A stretch of DNA of 64,000 bases from Nitrosopumilaceae archaeon (GTDB lineage Archaea > Thermoproteota > Nitrososphaeria > Nitrososphaerales > Nitrosopumilaceae), in the NCBI GenBank assembly GCA_965203465.1, contig CBDBCR010000001.1, positions 224,001-288,000 on the forward strand. The letters are read 5' to 3'. Every line of letters begins with the position of its first letter. Within the stretch, counting starts at the first letter, position 1. The translations under genes and the position numbers were made by a program. Shown here piece after piece: positions 29,264 to 37,799 of the stretch. The notes below the pieces were generated by a model. The model worked only from the letters and a program-made list of their open reading frames with translations. It searched no databases and was not told the origin of the DNA.

Positions 29264-30474
29264 TAGATCCGGTCCCCGATCTCGCGCGCTATCACCTTTG
29301 CGATCTGAGCCTTTGTCCTGCGGCCCGTCCTCCTGGAGCCCGACGGCCAGACCAGCAGCGCCTCGCTCGACTCGCCCGAGACCCGCGAGACGTCGTTTGC
29401 CACCATCATGTCTGCCCCCGAGGCGCGCATCTTTTTCCTGGCGCGCCGCTCCAGCTCCGAGGCCGACACGCCCGACTCTGCCTTGAACCCGACCAGGAAC
29501 GCGCCGGGCTTTTTCCTCTTTACGGAATCTATTATCTTGGGCGTGGCCCGCATCCGCACCGACACCTCTTTCCTGCCGCTCTGAATCTTTGAGCGCCGCG
29601 GCGCCGGGGCATAGTCCGAGACCGCCGCTGCCATGACCACGATGTCGCACTTTTTGCGCAGCTCCGAGGATACCGCCGCGGCCATCTCGGAGGCGGACAC
29701 CACGCGCCTCACGCGCACGCCTGCCGGCGGCGCCGCCGAGCCGGGGCCGTACACCATCGATACGGACGCGCCCGCCTCCGAGAGGGCCCCTGCCAGCAGC
29801 GCGCCGGTCCTGCCGCTGCTGCGGCTCACCACCGACCTCACGGGGTCTATTTTTTCCGAGGTGGGCCCGGCGACCACCAGGGCCTTTTTGCCGCGCAGGA
29901 ACCGCGGCGGGCAGAGCGCGTCCATCACGCGCCCGAGCACCTGTTCGGGCTCGGCCGCGCGCGCCTTGCCCTCGCGCGCGACCGGCCCCACCACGAGGGC
30001 CCTGGCCTTGAGGAACTCCACGTTGCGCCTCACGGCCGGGTTGCCGTACATTGCAGAGTGCATCGCCGGCGCGAGCAGTATCGGGATGCCTGCACCAAAC
30101 CCGACCGTCAGTACCGACGAGACGGGCGCATCGTCCATGCCGTTGGCAAGGCGCCCGAGCGTGTTGGCCGTCGCAGGATACACCACTATCATGTCCGACT
30201 TGCCGTAGTCTGCCAGCTCCACGTGCTCCATCTTGCCTGTCAGCTTTGTGACCACCGGATTCCCGGTGGCCCACCTCAGGTAGGCGGGGCGCAGCAGGCG
30301 GCCGGCGGCCGGGCTTGCCACGCACCGCACGTTGGCGCCGCGGCGTATCATCAGCCGCGCCAGCTCTATTGCCTTGTAGGCGGCCACGCTACCGGAGACG
30401 CACAGCACTATTTTCTTGCCGGCAAGCTCCGAGCCGTCGCTGCCGGCTATCTCGCGCGATCCCGCATCCTTCAA
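29263..30474 (-). CDS. coaBC: Phosphopantothenoylcysteine decarboxylase/ligase
   Basis: SGSVAAYKA, PATANT, APAMH, GPTSEKIDPVR, AAAVSDY, VGFKAE. Confidence 0.95.
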   Translation of the reverse strand: MKDAGSREIAGSDGSELAGKKIVLCVSGSVAAYKAIELARLMIRRGANVRCVASPAAGRLLRPAYLRWATGNPVVTKLTGKMEHVELADYGKSDMIVVYPATANTLGRLANGMDDAPVSSVLTVGFGAGIPILLAPAMHSAMYGNPAVRRNVEFLKARALVVGPVAREGKARAAEPEQVLGRVMDALCPPRFLRGKKALVVAGPTSEKIDPVRSVVSRSSGRTGALLAGALSEAGASVSMVYGPGSAAPPAGVRVRRVVSASEMAAAVSSELRKKCDIVVMAAAVSDYAPAPRRSKIQSGRKEVSVRMRATPKIIDSVKRKKPGAFLVGFKAESGVSASELERRARKKMRASGADMMVANDVSRVSGESSEALLVWPSGSRRTGRRTKAQIAKVIAREIGDRI

Positions 30475-31262
30475 GGCATATCAGTCCAGTTTTCCGGCGC
30501 CGGGAACCGGCCGGCGCGCACGTCATCGGCGTATCTTTTGACCGCGTCGGTGACGGCCCCGCCAAGCTCGGCGTACCTCCTTACGAACCTCGGCCGGATC
30601 CTCTCGTACATGCCGAGCATGTCCTGGAGCACCAGCACCTGCCCGTCGCAGTCGGGCCCCGAGCCTATCCCTATCGTGGGCACCGGGACCGCGCGCGTGA
30701 TCTGCCCGGCAGCCTCCCTGCCGACCATCTCGAGCGTCACGGCAAAGGCGCCCGCCTCTGCCAGCGCCTTGGCGTCCTCGGACATGGCCCGCGCGGCCTC
30801 GGCCCCGCCGCGCACCGCGTACCCCTCGCCCAGGCCCGCGGTCTGCGGCAGCACCCCCAGGTGGCCCATCACCGGTATGCCCACCCCCGTGATGGCAGAG
30901 ACGGTCCCCGGCATGGCGCCCTCGAGTTTCACCGCGTCGGCCCCGGCGCGCACCAGCCTGCCGGCGTTGGATACCGCCTGCGAGGCGTCGGCCTGGTAGG
31001 ACATGAACGGCATGTCGGCCACCAAGAGGGCCTCGCGGCGGGCCCGCGCGACCGAGCCGGCAAACAGGCACATGTCGTCCATGGTGACCGGCACCGTGCT
31101 CTTGTGGCCCATCATCACCATGCCGGCGCTGTCGCCGACCAGCACGATGTCGACGCCGGCCCCCTCGCACAGCGCGGCCATCGTATAGTCGTAGGCGGTC
31201 ACCATGGCTATCTTTTGCCTGCCCTTCATGCCGGCTATCTCGCCGACGGTCCTGCGGCTCAC
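30471..31262 (-). CDS. panB: 3-methyl-2-oxobutanoate hydroxymethyltransferase
   Basis: MVTAYD, LVGDS, DMPFMSY, AVKLEG, IGIGSGPDCDGQVLV. Confidence 0.96.
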   Translation of the reverse strand: MSRRTVGEIAGMKGRQKIAMVTAYDYTMAALCEGAGVDIVLVGDSAGMVMMGHKSTVPVTMDDMCLFAGSVARARREALLVADMPFMSYQADASQAVSNAGRLVRAGADAVKLEGAMPGTVSAITGVGIPVMGHLGVLPQTAGLGEGYAVRGGAEAARAMSEDAKALAEAGAFAVTLEMVGREAAGQITRAVPVPTIGIGSGPDCDGQVLVLQDMLGMYERIRPRFVRRYAELGGAVTDAVKRYADDVRAGRFPAPENWTDMP

Positions 31263-32008
31263 GCCCCGGCCCTCGCCAGCTTGGCGCACTCGCGCAGGCA
31301 TTCTCCGTTGTCGAACCCTGTCTGGCGCCCCCCCTTTCTGGCGTACGCGGCGAGCAGCGGCACGGCGCGCACCACGTTGTCCACCACCGTTATCGAGGCG
31401 CGGCGCGCGGTCCTAGAGAACGGGTTCAGATCGACTGCCACCACCTTTTTGCCGGCCCCGACCAGCGCCTCGGCCCGGTCGCCGTCCTCCAAGGCCACGA
31501 GCACCGCGTCGGCCTCGTGGACTGCCGTATCCGCGGCCCCGCGCGGGCCCGCGAGGCCGGGCACGCGGTGCCTCCTGCGGCCCGCGCCGTAGACGCGCCC
31601 CGCGCCGAAGCCCTCCAGGTGCTCTGCTATCAGGGCGCGCCGGCCGGCCGGCCCGTAAAAGACGTTGACCTCTATCCTGGCCCCGACCGCGCGCGCGAGT
31701 TTTACCGTTTCGGCGGGGCACAGCGCCGCCATGTTCCCGTTGACCGAGATGGCCGGCTTTTCGGCCGCCAACAGGGCCTGCGCGCCTGCCCGCGCGGCCC
31801 TTTTGGCCGGCGCCGGGCTCTTTTCGCCGAGCATGTAGTCGAACGCCTCGCCCCTGCCGTGGGCGATCAGGCCCTCGGGGGCCACGAGGCCGGCGGCGTG
31901 GCCCGCCGACAGGCGGGCGCGCACGCGCAGCGATTCGGCGCGCGGGTGCGAGGGGCGTATCCCGGACAGGTGCCTCTTCAGCTCGCGCTCCCACGCGGCC
32001 CGCGCCAT
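31259..32008 (-). CDS. Archaeal phosphopantothenate synthetase (4-phosphopantoate-beta-alanine ligase)
   Basis: SHPRAESL, GLIAHGRGEAFDY, SVNGN, LEDGDR, DLNPFSRTA. Confidence 0.93.
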   Translation of the reverse strand: MARAAWERELKRHLSGIRPSHPRAESLRVRARLSAGHAAGLVAPEGLIAHGRGEAFDYMLGEKSPAPAKRAARAGAQALLAAEKPAISVNGNMAALCPAETVKLARAVGARIEVNVFYGPAGRRALIAEHLEGFGAGRVYGAGRRRHRVPGLAGPRGAADTAVHEADAVLVALEDGDRAEALVGAGKKVVAVDLNPFSRTARRASITVVDNVVRAVPLLAAYARKGGRQTGFDNGECLRECAKLARAGA

Positions 32009-32015
32009 GGTATCT

Positions 32016-32876
32016 TCAGTCCCGCAGCAGGCGCGCGCCGCGCCCGTCTATCCCGCACTCGAGCACCTCTGCTTCCGGATAGCGCCCGCAGAGGCGCCGG
32101 CGCGCCCCTTCGGCCTCGCGCGCGGGCACCAGCGCAAAGACGGTCTCGCCGAACATGGCCACGCCGCAGCCGTAGTCCCGCAGAACCCCGGCCGCGCGCC
32201 TCATGCGCGGCGTCATGACGTCGATGTACTCTGCGAATTCGAGCGACATTTCCTGGAACCTCTTGGCGCCGCCGCCGCGCAGCAGCTCCGAGACCATCCT
32301 GCCGCCGAGGCCGTTTATGCCGGACATGCGGTTCTTTATGAATTCGGTCGTCGGCACGGGCGCAAAGCAGGCTATCACCGCGCGCACGCCCCCGTGCGGC
32401 ATCTTTACTATCCTGCCGCGGCCCGGCGCGCCGGCCGAGACCCTGATCTCGAACCCGCCGTGGTAGGCCGCCAGCACGTCGCCCAGGCCCGTCCTGCATT
32501 CGATCTCCGCCTCGTGGGCGACGCGGGCCGCCCCCTGCCGGCCCAGATTCGTGCCGAGCGCCGCGTCGAGCGCGTAGGCCAGCGAGAGGGCCGCCGCGGC
32601 GCTGCAGCCCAGCCCGTATCCGACCGGCACGCCCAGCTCGTGGGTTATCCGGAGCTTTCCGGCAAAGCCGGACATCTGCCGGAACCGCCCGGCCACGTGC
32701 TCGGACACCCGCAGGTCGCCCGGCTTGCGGCCCCGGACCAGGATCTCGGTGCCCTCCCCCTCCGAGGCCGAGACCTCGGTGGTCACGCCCAGTTCTATGG
32801 AAAACCCGGCGCCCAGCGAGCCTCCCTCCTCGGCCTTGAAAAAGCCGGTCACGTGGGCGGGGCAGAAGGCCTTCAT
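32016..32876 (-). CDS. Archaeal pantoate kinase (GHMP family)
   Basis: FCPAHVTGFF, GSLGAG, PVGYGLGCSAA, TGLGDV. Confidence 0.92.
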   Translation of the reverse strand: MKAFCPAHVTGFFKAEEGGSLGAGFSIELGVTTEVSASEGEGTEILVRGRKPGDLRVSEHVAGRFRQMSGFAGKLRITHELGVPVGYGLGCSAAAALSLAYALDAALGTNLGRQGAARVAHEAEIECRTGLGDVLAAYHGGFEIRVSAGAPGRGRIVKMPHGGVRAVIACFAPVPTTEFIKNRMSGINGLGGRMVSELLRGGGAKRFQEMSLEFAEYIDVMTPRMRRAAGVLRDYGCGVAMFGETVFALVPAREAEGARRRLCGRYPEAEVLECGIDGRGARLLRD

Positions 32877-32940
32877 AGGCCCGGTTTAAACGGGGCAGAA
32901 AATATAAGAATATGGCTTAAACGGTATAGGCCGATACTAA

Positions 32941-33909
32941 TTGGCTAGGTTCGTAAGAAAGCTGCAAAAGATAGGGAACAGCATACTGGTGACGCTGCCC
33001 AAAGAGTGGGTCGAGGCCAACGGGCTCGAAAAGGGCGGCCAGGTGGACTTGGAGACCGGTGCCAGCACGGTGGCCATCTCGGCGGGCCGCCGGGGGCGCG
33101 AGCGCGAGCTGGCCATACCGTACCCGCTGCCCCGGGGCGAGAACATAGCCGCCGACATCACCGGCGGGTACCTTTTGGGGTACGACGCGATCACGGTGCG
33201 GTCGGATTCGGCGATATCCGAGACGGACAGGGAGCTGGTGCGCGATTCGATGAGGCGGCTGGTGGGCATGGAGATAACCGAGGAGGAATCCTCGCGGATA
33301 CGGATGCAGTTTTTGCTGGACATCGGGACGGTCCGGCCCGACCAGGTGCTGCGGCGGATAAGCTCCATCGCGGCCGGCATGTTCAGCGACGTGGCCGGCG
33401 CGCTGCTCTCCGAGGAGCGCTCGGCCCTCGCGTCGCTGCGCAACCGGGATCTGGAGGTCAACCGGCAGTACTTTTTGCTGGTCAGGCTCACGCGCAGCGC
33501 CTCGGCCGGGCTGCCGGGCATGCCGGACATGGAGAACATCGACATACTAGACTACCGCGTGGCCGCCAACCTGCTCGAAAGCGGCGGCGACCAGATAGTG
33601 GAGCTGGGCAGGGCCGTGCTCGGCTCGGAGCTTGCGCCTTCAGAGCTGGGCGATTTGCACGGGGCCGCCTCGGGGTTCGAGGAGATGTCCTCAAAGTCGC
33701 TCGACGCGTTCGTCAACCGCGACCGGCCGCTGGCCATCGAGGCCATCTCGATGCACCGCCGGTACCGGGAGTCGCTGGCCCGGATGCGGGCCGACCTGCA
33801 CGCCAGCTCGGCGCCGGCGGCCCTGGTGGACCTTGCGTACGCGTTCGGGCGCGCGGCAAAGCCGTGGGAGGACGTGGCAGACCTGGTCACGCCGGTGTAC
33901 GGGCCCTAG
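32941..33909 (+). CDS. AbrB-PhoU domain phosphate-uptake regulator
   Basis: RKLQKIGNSILVTLPKEW AbrB N-terminus; PhoU-like helical repeats. Confidence 0.88.
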   Translation: MARFVRKLQKIGNSILVTLPKEWVEANGLEKGGQVDLETGASTVAISAGRRGRERELAIPYPLPRGENIAADITGGYLLGYDAITVRSDSAISETDRELVRDSMRRLVGMEITEEESSRIRMQFLLDIGTVRPDQVLRRISSIAAGMFSDVAGALLSEERSALASLRNRDLEVNRQYFLLVRLTRSASAGLPGMPDMENIDILDYRVAANLLESGGDQIVELGRAVLGSELAPSELGDLHGAASGFEEMSSKSLDAFVNRDRPLAIEAISMHRRYRESLARMRADLHASSAPAALVDLAYAFGRAAKPWEDVADLVTPVYGP

Positions 33910-34421
33910 AGGCGGGCGCGCCACGCAGAGTACGCAAGGGCAGCGCACACGGTCTTTGAGTCGCGCACGCGGCCGGCGCGGATCATGCGCAGCAGCCTGC
34001 CCATCTCTATCTTTTCGACCGAGATTATCTCGTCGGGGTCCGGCGAGGGCGCCGACGAGGGCCTGGCCGAGCGCGCCAGGTAGCAGTGGATCTCCTCGGT
34101 GTTGTAGCCTATGGACGGGTGGTACGTGAGAAGGTGCACGAGGCGGCCGGGCGCGTAGCCGGTCTCTTCGAGCATCTCGCGGCGCGCGCACGCCCTCGGA
34201 TCCTCGCCCCTCTTCATGGTGCCGGCCGGTATCTCGAGGACGTAGCCGTGGGGGAAGCGGTGCTGCCTGACCATTATCACCTTGCCGTCGGGATCGAAGG
34301 CAAGCACGGCTGCCGCGCCCGGGTGCTCTATGACCTCGCGGACCACGAGCCTGCCGGCCGCGCGCGTGCGGTGCACGCTCAGGCCAAGCACCCTGCCCTT
34401 GTAGATGCGCTTCCTGACCAC
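33906..34421 (-). CDS. NUDIX hydrolase (ADP-ribose pyrophosphatase-like)
   Basis: HPGAAAV, EIPAG...CARREMLEETGY Nudix box. Confidence 0.92.
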   Translation of the reverse strand: MVRKRIYKGRVLGLSVHRTRAAGRLVVREVIEHPGAAAVLAFDPDGKVIMVRQHRFPHGYVLEIPAGTMKRGEDPRACARREMLEETGYAPGRLVHLLTYHPSIGYNTEEIHCYLARSARPSSAPSPDPDEIISVEKIEMGRLLRMIRAGRVRDSKTVCAALAYSAWRARL

Positions 34422-34466
34422 GAGGCGCGCTCCGGCCGTGTATATTCAAGGGTTGCGGGGCGGGGC

Positions 34467-36209
34467 TCAGAAGCGGATGCCCAAGAGGCCCCCGTCGTCG
34501 CGCGCGTCGGTGAACGTCGCCGCTACCTTGGAGTCGAAATCGAAAGTCGGATCAAAGTCGCCGCGCGGAACCGTGTCCGAGTTTAGCATGCAGACGTACT
34601 GGAACGACTCCTTTTCGGCCTCGTCTGATGCAAGCTGCAAGGCGAGGGCGGTCTGGCGCTCGTCCACGCCGTCGAACAGCGCGCTGTCGTGCACCAAAAA
34701 CCCCGGGGAAGTTTTCCGGCGCGCCCACAGCTTTGCGAGCATCAGATCGTAGCAGAATATCTTCATGTTTTCGAGGCCGGCGCTTCCGGAGCGCTCGATC
34801 TCGACTTTGAAGTCGTAGCCGCCGTCCCCGGTGTCTATGGACAGGGCGCCGGGCGCCTCGTACAGCTTTTGCGAAAAAGAGTTGAAGGCGAGGATCGCCG
34901 CTTCCTTTTGGGCCCTGCGCTCGTCCAGATCCGCGTTTGTCTGCTGTATTGCCGTTTTCACCTCTATCTCGATCCTGTTTTTCTCCTCGCTCAGCTTTTT
35001 CATGTTTTCAAGCTTTGCAGCGACGGCTTCCAGTTCTCCTACCAGCCGCTGGTGGTTTGCCTGCATCCGGGAAAACTCCTCCAGCGCGCCGTGCGTTTCG
35101 AGGATCTTCATTAGTTCGGACTTTTCAAGATCTACCGCCTTCATCCGGGCAGTTCTTTTCTCAATATCGTTTTCTAGGCGGGCGATCTCCGACGCCAGAA
35201 AACTTCTTCGGTTGGCAACTACTTGGCGGTGGAACGCCGTGACCTCGTCCAGTTGTTTCAGCAGCCTTTCTGAAAACACCACTCCGGCCTCCGCATACAT
35301 CTCGGCGACCTGCTCGGCGCTGGCGTCTTTCTCGCTTACGGTGCTGTCCCTGTACGAGGACAGTAGCCTTTTGTCGCCAAAGTTCAAGTTGGACAGGCCT
35401 ATGACGGTTTTGGCCATCTCGTCCGCTTTTGCCTCGACCTCGTAGTACTGCTCGTGTACCCTGAACGCCTTCAGGTTTTTTTCCTCCCGCGCGATCTGGT
35501 CTTCCAGCCGTATCTTGGCAGACTCTATCTCGCCTTTTTTCCCCACCATGTCGGACATGATGCCGGTGGTGACCGCCTTCCTCAACTCCCTGAGGGTTCT
35601 GCGCTCGTCCTGCAAGAGCCGCAACCGCGCCGCAAACTCCCATCCAAGCCCTAGCAGGTACGCGTTGTTCACGTTGATGTCCCACGGCTGTTGCTGTCGG
35701 CTTTGCCTGTAAAATTCTCCGTAGCCGTGCGCCTTGCCGCCGCGCCGGACAAAGTACGAGATCAGGCTCCTGAACGTGGGGTGATATTTCGTCCCGTACC
35801 CAATATCCAAACCGCACATCAGCGCGCCGAGTACATCGTTCCATACAGTTTGTGAGAAATACTGGTCGCCGTTGTGATCGACGGACGGCTCGACCGGCCA
35901 CCCCGAGCAATCGCCCTCAACGACGATGTTTTTTGAGTTGCCGGTGTTTCTGCGTACGTTGTATGTGCGGGTGCCGATGTCAAGCGAGACTACAAACTCC
36001 CATCCGTCGACCTCTTTTTTGGCCAGCGTTCCGGAAGGTTTCCCGCCCAGGCAGAAATGCACGATCTCTGTCAACGTAGACTTTCCAAGTCCGTTACGAG
36101 AGTCCCGTTCGGTCGCCTGCTCTACGCGATCGGCCAAGATTACGTTCATGCCTCTTTTGAAGAGGATTTTTCTAAAAGATGGCCGATCGGAGCTGACGGA
36201 GCGTATCAT
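34467..36209 (-). CDS. Lamassu/ABC-three-component SMC-like ABC ATPase (DUF2326, LmuB-like)
   Basis: Walker A NGLGKST, coiled coil, SAG signature with KIFCYDL, FLVHDSALFDGVDERQ Walker B/D-loop. Confidence 0.88.
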   Translation of the reverse strand: MIRSVSSDRPSFRKILFKRGMNVILADRVEQATERDSRNGLGKSTLTEIVHFCLGGKPSGTLAKKEVDGWEFVVSLDIGTRTYNVRRNTGNSKNIVVEGDCSGWPVEPSVDHNGDQYFSQTVWNDVLGALMCGLDIGYGTKYHPTFRSLISYFVRRGGKAHGYGEFYRQSRQQQPWDINVNNAYLLGLGWEFAARLRLLQDERRTLRELRKAVTTGIMSDMVGKKGEIESAKIRLEDQIAREEKNLKAFRVHEQYYEVEAKADEMAKTVIGLSNLNFGDKRLLSSYRDSTVSEKDASAEQVAEMYAEAGVVFSERLLKQLDEVTAFHRQVVANRRSFLASEIARLENDIEKRTARMKAVDLEKSELMKILETHGALEEFSRMQANHQRLVGELEAVAAKLENMKKLSEEKNRIEIEVKTAIQQTNADLDERRAQKEAAILAFNSFSQKLYEAPGALSIDTGDGGYDFKVEIERSGSAGLENMKIFCYDLMLAKLWARRKTSPGFLVHDSALFDGVDERQTALALQLASDEAEKESFQYVCMLNSDTVPRGDFDPTFDFDSKVAATFTDARDDGGLLGIRF

Positions 36210-36430
36210 GACTGCCTCCGCAACATGCCGTCCTCATACGCGACTATTCCGAGCATGAACAAGAGATCCAGGCCCAGGATGAACCTGTCGAACGTGCCTA
36301 CTTCGGGCCTGCGCCGGCACCTGTCCCAAAGCACAGTCACGGTGGAGGCGCGTTCCATCTCCTCTATTATGACGCCGCCTGCATAAAGCATGGATCTCGA
36401 AAGCGTGAGGTGTTTTGTAGGCAGTATCAC
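36206..36430 (-). CDS. ABC-three-component middle component (LmuC-like)
   Basis: MILPTKH....S.LY.G..I...TVLWD...FDRFILGLDLLFMLG; overlaps both neighbours. Confidence 0.82.
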   Translation of the reverse strand: MILPTKHLTLSRSMLYAGGVIIEEMERASTVTVLWDRCRRRPEVGTFDRFILGLDLLFMLGIVAYEDGMLRRQS

Positions 36431-37167
36431 TTTTCAAACACCTCGCATTTTTCGAACAAATAGACAAGCACCGCCAGTCCGGCAGCCTCGTAAAGAAAGT
36501 CCTTGTTCTGGCATGCAAACAGCCGCAGGGCTTCAAAGAGATCGTCTCCGACAAGCCCCTTGCCCGACTGCATCTCGTATTGACGTACAAAGCCTGCTGC
36601 CAACCGCTCTCCAAAGCGGGCGTCCGGATGCTTGTCTATAAAGCTGCCCACCTGTTTTACCTGTGTCGTTCCGATTAGGATGAGCTGGCGCGTGCGTGCG
36701 GACAGGTGGTTTTTGTTGATTTTCTCTCGTATGTGGGTGAGAACATACGACGGTTCGCCCTCGGGCTCGTTTTCCGCCAAATACCGCGTGATGCCGTCCA
36801 ACTCCGCAAAGGACACCTCGTGCATGTGTTCCTCCGTGGATTTTATTATCCATTCTTCGTGTTCTTGCTTGATTCTGCGCAGCCTGCCGATCGTGTATGT
36901 CTTGGGATCGCCGTCGATCTTTTTGTGGCAGTTTGCGCATACGAGGATCAGGTTGCCGGCGGAGTTCCTGTCGGACTCGGGCATTTCTGCGTCAAATCTG
37001 GCCGAACCCGGCCTGTTGCCGGCAATGTGCGCCAGCTCGCCCAAAACGCCGCCGTATGCCGAATCGTCTGCAGTTTCCACCAGTCTTTTGCGGCATTCGG
37101 GCAGCGCGCAACGGTTCCCGCTGCTAATCCAGACGGGCCTTTTAGAGCGATCTGGCGGGCGTTCCAT
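36427..37167 (-). CDS. HNH endonuclease effector with ABC-3C C-terminal domain (LmuA-like)
   Basis: CALPEC, ELAHI...ARFD, NLILVCANCHKKID; C-terminal GDDLF...LVYLFEKCEVFEK. Confidence 0.85.
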   Translation of the reverse strand: MERPPDRSKRPVWISSGNRCALPECRKRLVETADDSAYGGVLGELAHIAGNRPGSARFDAEMPESDRNSAGNLILVCANCHKKIDGDPKTYTIGRLRRIKQEHEEWIIKSTEEHMHEVSFAELDGITRYLAENEPEGEPSYVLTHIREKINKNHLSARTRQLILIGTTQVKQVGSFIDKHPDARFGERLAAGFVRQYEMQSGKGLVGDDLFEALRLFACQNKDFLYEAAGLAVLVYLFEKCEVFEK

Positions 37168-37298
37168 GCCCTGCCGCGTTTTTGATCGTATTTAAAACCA
37201 GAATGTCTGATCGGCGCACCAGCGGCTCGCTGAAAATCGCCGACACCGGCCGGCGACCCGCAGCTGCACGGAAGGCTCGATCCGCGGAGGCCCCAACG

Positions 37299-37542
37299 CT
37301 AAGCCTTCCCCCTGATGTCTATGCTGAATTCGCCGCCTCCGCCCAGTTCTTCGTGCATCAACTCCACGGCTTCGAGCGCGTTGCGCGTCGTCCGCATTTC
37401 TGCCCTGCGTTACGACGCCGAGTTCGGGGCATCTTGCCACAAACATCCCGTCCTCGCCGCCCTCGAGCGTCACCACATGCGCGTCTCTTAGATTGGACTG
37501 CGCCGTGTGGGCCTGCACGCCAATCTCTGTATGAACAACCAA
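37299..37542 (-). pseudogene. HicB-family antitoxin, frameshifted
   Basis: VVTLEGGEDGMFVARCPELGVVTQGRNADDA then a frame change to NALEAVELMHEELG...*; start uncertain. Confidence 0.65.
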
Positions 37543-37738
37543 CTCTGTCGGCGTTTTATCCGCTCCAATATATTACGATTGGTGCGGCGCCGGTATGCGC
37601 CGGCCCTCCTACCGGACAGGCTCGTCGGTGGCAGGAGGGGGCCAGCCAAAGACGGCGTGTTACGACCGTCCGCGATATGTTTTTAATGGTCGGTATTAGC
37701 GCATCGCCATGTCTCCTGTATTCGCCCGCAGCTTTAAC

Positions 37739-37756
37739 GGGGGGGGGGGGGGGGGG
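37739..37756 (+). repeat. 18-nt poly-G tract in the promoter region of the 37800 operon
   Basis: TTTAAC followed directly by 18 G, ~44 bp before the ATG. Confidence 0.85.
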
Positions 37757-37799
37757 CATTTGCGGCATACGTTGACATTTTGCACGCGAGCTGGTCTCC

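Noticed and set aside
28436-30325. 629-aa ORF
   Set aside because: The N-terminal part is an off-frame overlap of coaBC; the methyltransferase starts at ~29263
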